From positions 218,981-282,980 of the forward strand of contig JACKFW010000001.1 in the NCBI GenBank assembly GCA_020632265.1: 64,000 nt of DNA. Direction: 5' to 3'. Position 1 is the first letter of the stretch. Each line of letters begins with the position of its first letter. Below the pieces are notes generated by a model. The model was not told the origin of the DNA and did no database searches. It saw only the letters and a program-made list of their open reading frames with translations. Below are positions 58,260 to 64,000 of the stretch, piece after piece. This DNA comes from Pseudomonadales bacterium (GTDB lineage Bacteria > Patescibacteriota > Microgenomatia > UBA1400 > PJMF01). The position numbers and the translations under genes are program-made.

Positions 58260-58952
58260 ATGAAATTTTCAAATAAAAAGCTTTTTTTAGCATCCCTACT
58301 TATTATAGTTAGTGCAATTATTACCTCGGGCTGTACCAAACCGGATGCCGATCAACCAGAGGCAGATCTTTCAATTAATTTTGAGCCATCAAAAAATGAT
58401 TCTGGAATAAATCTATCAGATACAAAAATTACTGGAAAGGAAATCGAACCTCAAATGCAAAAAAATACATACAAAACTATTGATGATTTCAAAAAAATTG
58501 ACGCAACGCAAGCAGTTTTTGAAACTTCCAAAGGCACAATTGTACTAGATTTATTTAGAGAAAAAGCTCCATTGACCACCGCAAACTTTTTAGATTTAAT
58601 TGACAGCGGATTTTATGATGGCATAATTTTTCATCGAGTAATTCCTGGTTTCATGGCTCAAGTAGGTGATCCATTTACCAAAGAACCTGGTAGAGAAAAC
58701 GAATGGGGTATGGGTGGTCCTAATTATAGAATAATGGATGAATTTGATCCAGAACTTAAACATGACTCAGCCGGTATATTAAGTATGGCAAATTCTGGTC
58801 CAAATACGGGGGGAAGTCAAATTTTTATTACCTATGCTGCCACTCCTCATCTAGACGGCAAACATGCGGTCTTCGGAAAATTAGTTGAAGGCATGAAAGT
58901 TCTAGAATCTATAGAAGTTGGGGATAAAATTGTCAGAGCAAGCTATAGATAG
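58260..58952 (+). CDS. Cyclophilin-type peptidyl-prolyl cis-trans isomerase, lipoprotein.
   Basis: Lipobox [26 protein letters not shown] and the [17 protein letters not shown] cyclophilin signatures. Confidence 0.85.
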   Translation: MKFSNKKLFLASLLIIVSAIITSGCTKPDADQPEADLSINFEPSKNDSGINLSDTKITGKEIEPQMQKNTYKTIDDFKKIDATQAVFETSKGTIVLDLFREKAPLTTANFLDLIDSGFYDGIIFHRVIPGFMAQVGDPFTKEPGRENEWGMGGPNYRIMDEFDPELKHDSAGILSMANSGPNTGGSQIFITYAATPHLDGKHAVFGKLVEGMKVLESIEVGDKIVRASYR

Positions 58953-58965
58953 ATAAGTACATTTA

Positions 58966-60645
58966 ATGTGGAAAAAAGCCTTATTAATATTAGCCATTAT
59001 TTTTTTGGCAAGTATCCTAACAATTTGCTATCTCATTTCACAAACAGTTTCACAAATTAAACAAGGAAATTTTTTTAAAGCTAGTGAACTTGCAAAAAAA
59101 ACATTATTTTTTACTCAACCGGCTTCAATAATAACTCTTCACAAAAACCCAAATATTGAACTCCTAAATACTCTGTTGATATTTACATTGGAAATACCAC
59201 ACTACACACAAAAACTCAGCTTATCCTTTAATCAAAATGTCCAAGAAGAATATGTTTTTGACATTAAAAAATTTAATAATAGTTTAGAAGAAATCAATGG
59301 AAGAATTCAAAAAATCAGTAAATTAATTGATGAGGCTACCATTGCTAAAAAATTTATCAAATCAAATCAGATCCAAATTATTCGCAATGTTTCCAAAGAT
59401 TTGCCTGATTTAATTACAATTCTAGATAATTTTTCAAAAAAAGATCAAAACATTATAGTAATTTTTCAAAACTCAGATGAAATTAGAGCCACCGGTGGCT
59501 TTATGGGTTCGTACGCAATTATAGACATTAATGATGGTAAAGTAACCGAAATATCCATTGAGGACATTTACGATGCTGATGGGCAATTTGAGGGCTTTGT
59601 ACAAGCCCCAAGCGGTGTTCTTGAGTACTTGAGTGAAGGAAAAGGCTTGAGATTGCCCAATGCAAATTGGCATGCAAATTTTCCTTCAAGTGCAGAGCAA
59701 ATTTTACAATTTTTTGCACTTGGAAATAAAAAAAGCATTTCAACCTTAATTGCTGTCAACCTCGATTATGCGAAATTGCTATTAAACATCCTTGGGGATA
59801 TCACTTTAAAAGATTACAATACGGTTGTTGATAGTAATAATATTAATGAAGTATTAAGATCTAGAAGAAGCACATTTTTTCCTGGAAGTAAGCAAAAAAA
59901 ACATCTACTTTCGCAATTATTAACCCAACTTAAGATTGAATTTTTTAATCTTGATGAAAAATTGAAAGTTCAACTTGCTAAAGAAACCTTCAATCAATTA
60001 ATATTAAACAATATCCAATTGTATTCAACTGTTAATGAAATTGACTCAATATTTGCCAAAAATAATTTTAGACAAGAATTAAAATTTGATGTTAATTCTG
60101 AATATCTTTACTTAGTGGAATCCAATGTTGGAATTAACAAGGCAAACAAAAATATTTTAAGAGAAGTTACTTTGGAGCTTGGAAAAACTAGCAACAATTT
60201 AAAAATTAAATTTATAAATAATAATTTTCCTCCAACAATTTCCAATTTGTATAATTTAATTAAAACTGATTCAAATTTAGATCCAACTTTCAGCCCAGAA
60301 TCACCAACTGAAAATTTAAATTATATTAATTACCAGAGAATAATAATCAGGCCAAACTGGAAAATCAATTCTGTGAAATATAATAATCAAGAAATTACTG
60401 AATGGAATGAAAATATCATTACAAACTCAAAAAATGAACAATTTAAAGAAATAGGTTTTTTGATTACTCTAAAAGAGCAAGAAAGCTCTATCCTTGAAAT
60501 TGAATTTGAAAATAATAATTTAAATAATAATCAAATATATATTCAAAAACAGCCTGGACTAACTCCTATACCATACATAATAATCAAAGATGATTTTATG
60601 GTAAATTTTGTGCTAGAAAAAAATAGCTTGCTTGAATTATTTTAA
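58966..60645 (+). CDS. DUF4012-like membrane-anchored extracytoplasmic protein.
   Basis: N-terminal TM. IVIFQNSDEIRATGGFMGSYAIIDI resembles the QNNAExRxTGG(x)xGS motif of DUF4012. Length 559 aa. Confidence 0.45.
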   Translation: MWKKALLILAIIFLASILTICYLISQTVSQIKQGNFFKASELAKKTLFFTQPASIITLHKNPNIELLNTLLIFTLEIPHYTQKLSLSFNQNVQEEYVFDIKKFNNSLEEINGRIQKISKLIDEATIAKKFIKSNQIQIIRNVSKDLPDLITILDNFSKKDQNIIVIFQNSDEIRATGGFMGSYAIIDINDGKVTEISIEDIYDADGQFEGFVQAPSGVLEYLSEGKGLRLPNANWHANFPSSAEQILQFFALGNKKSISTLIAVNLDYAKLLLNILGDITLKDYNTVVDSNNINEVLRSRRSTFFPGSKQKKHLLSQLLTQLKIEFFNLDEKLKVQLAKETFNQLILNNIQLYSTVNEIDSIFAKNNFRQELKFDVNSEYLYLVESNVGINKANKNILREVTLELGKTSNNLKIKFINNNFPPTISNLYNLIKTDSNLDPTFSPESPTENLNYINYQRIIIRPNWKINSVKYNNQEITEWNENIITNSKNEQFKEIGFLITLKEQESSILEIEFENNNLNNNQIYIQKQPGLTPIPYIIIKDDFMVNFVLEKNSLLELF

Positions 60646-60654
60646 TTAAAATTC

Positions 60655-61767
60655 GTGATAAAATTACCTGATATGAACTCTGAAAAAGATTTTGAATTAG
60701 TGATTGCCGGCGCAAATGAATATCTTGCATTGGTAGATACAAATAAAATACAAGAAGAAATCGCATTGCTTGAAGAAAAATCATTTCAAGCTGATTTTTG
60801 GCAAACTAAAGATGCTAAAAAAATAATGAAAAAAATCTCAATGTTGCAAGAGCAATTCTCGAATTTTAATTTAATAAAAACTTTCAAAGAAGAGTTAACA
60901 ACCTATTTAGAGCTAATCTCAGAAGAAGAAGATCTAAACATTATCAAAAAAATCGAAGTTGAAGCAATCACAGTTGCCTCAAGATTATCAAAAAAACTTC
61001 AGGAATTACAATTAAAACAATACTTAAACGGCAAATATGATGGCTTTGGAGCTATTTTATCAATTCACTCTGGTCAAGGTGGCACTGAAGCAATGGACTG
61101 GGCCGAAATGTTAAAAAGAATGTATTCAAGGTTTTTTGAGAGAAAACATTGGAAAGCAACTATTAATTATGAATCCAGAGGTGAAGAAGCGGGTATTAAA
61201 GCCGTTGAGTTTCAAATTAATGCCCCATATTCATATGGATATCTCAAACACGAACAAGGTACTCATCGATTAGTCAGACAAAGTCCTTTTAATGCTGATA
61301 ATTTAAGACAAACTTCGTTTGCTCTTGTTGAAGTCTTACCTCTTTTAGACGAGTCTGATGATGAAATTGAGTTAAATGATGCTGATTTAGAATGGAACTT
61401 TACTAGAGCTGGTGGTGCTGGAGGACAAAATGTCAATAAAGTTAATACTGCCGTTGAATTGACTCATAAGCCCACTGGCATAGTCATGAAATGTCGTGAG
61501 GAGCGCACTCAAATTCAAAACAAAGAAAGAACTTTGATAAAGTTAAAAAGTAAATTGGCTCAGCTAGAGGCTCAAAAGATTCAGGAAGAACTAAGTAAAG
61601 AAAAGGGTGTTCATATAAATGCTAGTTTTGGAAACCAAATCAGAAATTATGTATTACATCCTTACAAATTAGTTAAAGATACAAGAACTCAAGTTGAAAC
61701 TTCCAATACTGAGGCGGTTTTAGATGGAGATATAGAGGAATTTATCCAAGAAGAAATCAGGCTTTAA
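60655..61767 (+). CDS. prfB: Peptide chain release factor 2. Apparent GTG start. A single contiguous frame with no programmed +1 frameshift.
   Basis: SPF motif [12 protein letters not shown] motif [17 protein letters not shown]. Length 370 aa. Confidence 0.85.
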   Translation: MIKLPDMNSEKDFELVIAGANEYLALVDTNKIQEEIALLEEKSFQADFWQTKDAKKIMKKISMLQEQFSNFNLIKTFKEELTTYLELISEEEDLNIIKKIEVEAITVASRLSKKLQELQLKQYLNGKYDGFGAILSIHSGQGGTEAMDWAEMLKRMYSRFFERKHWKATINYESRGEEAGIKAVEFQINAPYSYGYLKHEQGTHRLVRQSPFNADNLRQTSFALVEVLPLLDESDDEIELNDADLEWNFTRAGGAGGQNVNKVNTAVELTHKPTGIVMKCREERTQIQNKERTLIKLKSKLAQLEAQKIQEELSKEKGVHINASFGNQIRNYVLHPYKLVKDTRTQVETSNTEAVLDGDIEEFIQEEIRL

Positions 61768-61837
61768 TAATAAAATAATTTTGTGGCTAAAAAATAAATT
61801 AGTGGTAATTAAGTTTTAAATCAGTTATAATTTTATT

Positions 61838-62410
61838 ATGAAAAAAATTGATATTATTGAAGATTCAGAAAATAAAGCTGTGGTTGACGATGTTTTACTT
61901 CTAGAGCATAATCAAAATTCGTCAAGTTCTGACGTTAATCAAGATACTCAAATTAATAAGGAAAATTCAATGAAGAAAACTTCAAAATTATTTTTAATTT
62001 TAACAATAATTGCAGTTTTAGCTGGAGTAGGAACCGGTTTTGGTGCATTCAAACTTTCAGCAAAATCAGGACTAAATTTTAATGGTGAAGAACTTCAACA
62101 ACTTCCCTCTGCAGGAAAAGTCAAAGTTGGAGACGTTTTTGGGAGCAGCAGTGAATCTTTCAAAGACTCCGCAGAAGGATATTTGGAGGTTGGTGGCCTA
62201 GAAGGTGAAGGATCACATAAATTACTTAGACCTGGTGGTATATCACAAACTGTTTACCTTACTTCTTCTGTTACTGACTTGAATGAGCTAGCAGGTATGG
62301 ATGTAAAAGTGTGGGGAGAAACTTTTAAAGGTCAAAAGGCTGGATGGCTTATGGATGTTGGTCGGGTCGAAGTTTTGAAACTTGATGCAGAATCTCCTTT
62401 AGAAGAGTAA
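61838..62410 (+). CDS. Hypothetical single-TM extracytoplasmic protein.
   Basis: TM LFLILTIIAVLAGVGTGFGAF after an acidic N-terminus. No family recognised. Confidence 0.3.
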   Translation: MKKIDIIEDSENKAVVDDVLLLEHNQNSSSSDVNQDTQINKENSMKKTSKLFLILTIIAVLAGVGTGFGAFKLSAKSGLNFNGEELQQLPSAGKVKVGDVFGSSSESFKDSAEGYLEVGGLEGEGSHKLLRPGGISQTVYLTSSVTDLNELAGMDVKVWGETFKGQKAGWLMDVGRVEVLKLDAESPLEE

Positions 62411-62477
62411 AAAAACAATATCAGCCTCATTTATCTTGCATAATTACCTAGAAACAGGTTAAACTAAATGTTGAAAT

Positions 62478-63356
62478 ATGATTAAATTTTCTTCAGTCAG
62501 TAAATACTTTCCACCTGATACGTTTGCAATCAGTGATATCTCATTTGAGGTTGAACCAGGCGAACTAGTCTTACTCACTGGTCCTTCTGGATCGGGTAAA
62601 ACCACTATCATGAGACTACTTACCAGAGAATATATCGCCACAAAGGGCGATGTTATTTTTGCTGATATTGATTTAAATAAAGTGAAAAATTCAAAAGTTC
62701 ATGAAATCAGAAGAAAAATTGGAGTAATATTTCAAGATTATTTACTCCTTCCCGAATTAAATATCTGGGAAAACATCGCGTTACCACTATCGATTATTGG
62801 AAAACCACAAGCAGAAATTGAACAACGAGTTACGGACTTATTAACCTTGGTTTCTTTAACTGATAAAGCCTTTTTATTCCCAAAACAACTCTCTGGAGGT
62901 GAAGCACAAAGAATTAGTATTGCAAGAGCACTTTCAACAGCACCAGAGATAGTTTTTGCTGATGAACCAACTGGAAATCTTGATAGAGAAACTTCCTTGG
63001 AAATTGGAAAACTAATTAGAAAAATTAATTCATTTGGAACCACAGTTATTTTTGCCACTCATGATCATGACATAATGGATTTACTCAAGGATATTAGACA
63101 CATTGAGCTAGATAAAGGTAAAATAGTTCGAGATTCAAAGATTGCCAGATCTACTCAATCTGAAGCATCAACTGATAAAAATGAAATAACTACTAATAAC
63201 GATAAAAAAGATAAAGATGATAAAAAATCAAAAGAAGAAATAAAAGAAGCAACAAAGGAAGAAATAAAAAATAATAAGAACTCTGAGATGAATAAGGAAA
63301 ATTCAAAAAAAAGCGCTAAAAAAAGTAAAAAGATAAAGCCAAAAGAAGAAAAATAA
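62478..63356 (+). CDS. ftsE: Cell-division ABC ATPase FtsE, with an approximately 70-aa Lys/Glu/Asp-rich C-terminal tail.
   Basis: Walker A GPSGSGKTT. ABC signature LSGGEAQRISIARAL. Walker B IVFADEPTGNLD. The tail is ...KDKDDKKSKEEIKEATKEEIKNNKNSEMNKENSKKSAKKSKKIKPKEEK. Confidence 0.85.
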   Translation: MIKFSSVSKYFPPDTFAISDISFEVEPGELVLLTGPSGSGKTTIMRLLTREYIATKGDVIFADIDLNKVKNSKVHEIRRKIGVIFQDYLLLPELNIWENIALPLSIIGKPQAEIEQRVTDLLTLVSLTDKAFLFPKQLSGGEAQRISIARALSTAPEIVFADEPTGNLDRETSLEIGKLIRKINSFGTTVIFATHDHDIMDLLKDIRHIELDKGKIVRDSKIARSTQSEASTDKNEITTNNDKKDKDDKKSKEEIKEATKEEIKNNKNSEMNKENSKKSAKKSKKIKPKEEK

Positions 63357-63358
63357 AT

Positions 63359-64000
63359 ATGAGCTCATTCTCAACTGCTTTAACAACCATTAGACGCTCC
63401 CCCTACCAAGCAATGACTTCGATTTTAATGGTTGCAGTTACTTTTTTTGTTGGATTTTCTTTTTCGTTATTTGTTATTGGAGCAGGTAAAGTACTTCAAC
63501 ATTTTGAAACTCGACCTCAAATTATTGCTTTTTTTGAATTACAAACAACTGAAAATCAAATTAATGAAATTGTTGCTCAAGTAAAACAGAAATCTTACGT
63601 TGAGGCAATATCTGTTATTAATCAAGACCAAGCTTTAAAATTATATCAAGAAGAAAACAAAGATGATCCTTTATTGCTGGAATTAGTTACTGCAGATATT
63701 CTACCAGCAAGCATTGAAGTATCTTCAAATAACATTGAATCATTAGAATTAATTAAAAATGACTTGGAAAAGTTTGATACTGTGGAGGACGTGATTTTTC
63801 AAGAAGATGTTATTTCAACTTTATCGAAATGGATAAGAATTGCAGAAATTATTGGTTTAACAACTACTCTCATATTAGCAACAATTTCATTTTTAATTAT
63901 CATGACAATTATGGGTATGAAAGCAACCACTCAAAAAAAATCTATGACTATCATGAGAATGCTCGGCGCAACCAAAGGATATATAAAAGCTCCTTTCATG
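63359..64000 (+). CDS. ftsX: Cell-division permease-like protein FtsX, 5' portion. It runs off the window end and is not in the ORF track because no stop is reached.
   Basis: My translation from the ATG at 63359 gives MSSFSTALTTIRRSPYQAMTSILMVAVTFFVGFSF (TM1). A periplasmic domain follows, and ...MRMLGATKGYIKAPF matches the FtsX motif LVGATxxFIrxPF. It sits 2 nt after the ftsE stop. Confidence 0.6.
   Translation, partial: MSSFSTALTTIRRSPYQAMTSILMVAVTFFVGFSFSLFVIGAGKVLQHFETRPQIIAFFELQTTENQINEIVAQVKQKSYVEAISVINQDQALKLYQEENKDDPLLLELVTADILPASIEVSSNNIESLELIKNDLEKFDTVEDVIFQEDVISTLSKWIRIAEIIGLTTTLILATISFLIIMTIMGMKATTQKKSMTIMRMLGATKGYIKAPFM

Noticed and set aside
60655-60740. Looked for the programmed +1 frameshift site (CTT TGA C) normally present near codon 25 of prfB.
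   Set aside because: The RF2 homologue is encoded in one continuous frame from the GTG at 60655 (or the ATG at 60673). The N-terminal region aligns with post-frameshift RF2 sequence. A substantial minority of bacteria lack the frameshift, so this is not anomalous.
1-64000. Scanned for tRNA, rRNA, CRISPR repeats, transposase or integrase genes and toxin-antitoxin pairs.
   Set aside because: No T-loop-like GTTCRAATC cores were found outside coding sequence. No regularly spaced short repeats. No recognisable transposase or integrase motifs. A covariance-model scan (tRNAscan-SE, Infernal) would be needed to exclude small RNAs definitively.

Overview
This 64 kb window is AT-rich (about 30% GC by eye) and tightly packed, with about 60 protein genes, many overlapping by 1-14 nt. 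It uses the standard code: TGA serves as a stop at 15012-15014 and 15557-15559. The content suggests a small-genome, probably monoderm bacterium of CPR/Patescibacteria type. That inference rests on the gene set: a type IV pilus operon, an RRM RNA-binding protein, a membrane-anchored solute-binding protein, and FemAB-type genes.

Recognisable core genes are recA, rny (RNase Y), secG, prfB (RF2), ftsE and ftsX (3' partial), metG, tatD, rmuC, purA, purB, a GuaC/IMPDH-family gene, mscL, a SulP permease, a cyclophilin and two P-type ATPases (MgtA-like and CopA).

The accessory-looking blocks are:
- Type IV pilus operon (9829-17611): pilB, pilC, four minor pilins including a 634-aa pilin with a beta-propeller-like repeat domain, an assembly protein with a C-terminal LytR_C-like domain, and the major pilin, ending at a bidirectional terminator.
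- Copper operon (18830-23622): an ArsR-YHS fusion regulator, copA, a DsbD_2/UreH-like permease fused to a cupredoxin-like domain, and copZ, with a divergent 8-Cys mini-protein.
- Lipid-linked glycan cluster (36509-43493): a processive GT2 with a QxxRW motif, two GT-C enzymes, a WecA/MraY-family transferase, and a UbiA-family enzyme resembling decaprenyl-phosphoribose-phosphate synthase.
- Minus-strand operon 48893-43502: a small basic protein, a Zn-ribbon/coiled-coil/PD-(D/E)xK protein, a UvrD-helicase with a C-terminal RecB-type nuclease domain, and a bPH-like membrane protein. I read this as a candidate helicase-nuclease defence or repair module.
- Envelope operon 58164-53741: an alpha/beta hydrolase, a MurF-like ligase whose N-terminal domain is replaced by transmembrane helices, a DegT aminotransferase and a FemAB-family transferase.

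No rRNA, tRNA or CRISPR array was recognised by eye, and no transposase or integrase was seen. All domain calls come from reading motifs by eye and were not checked with HMM searches.
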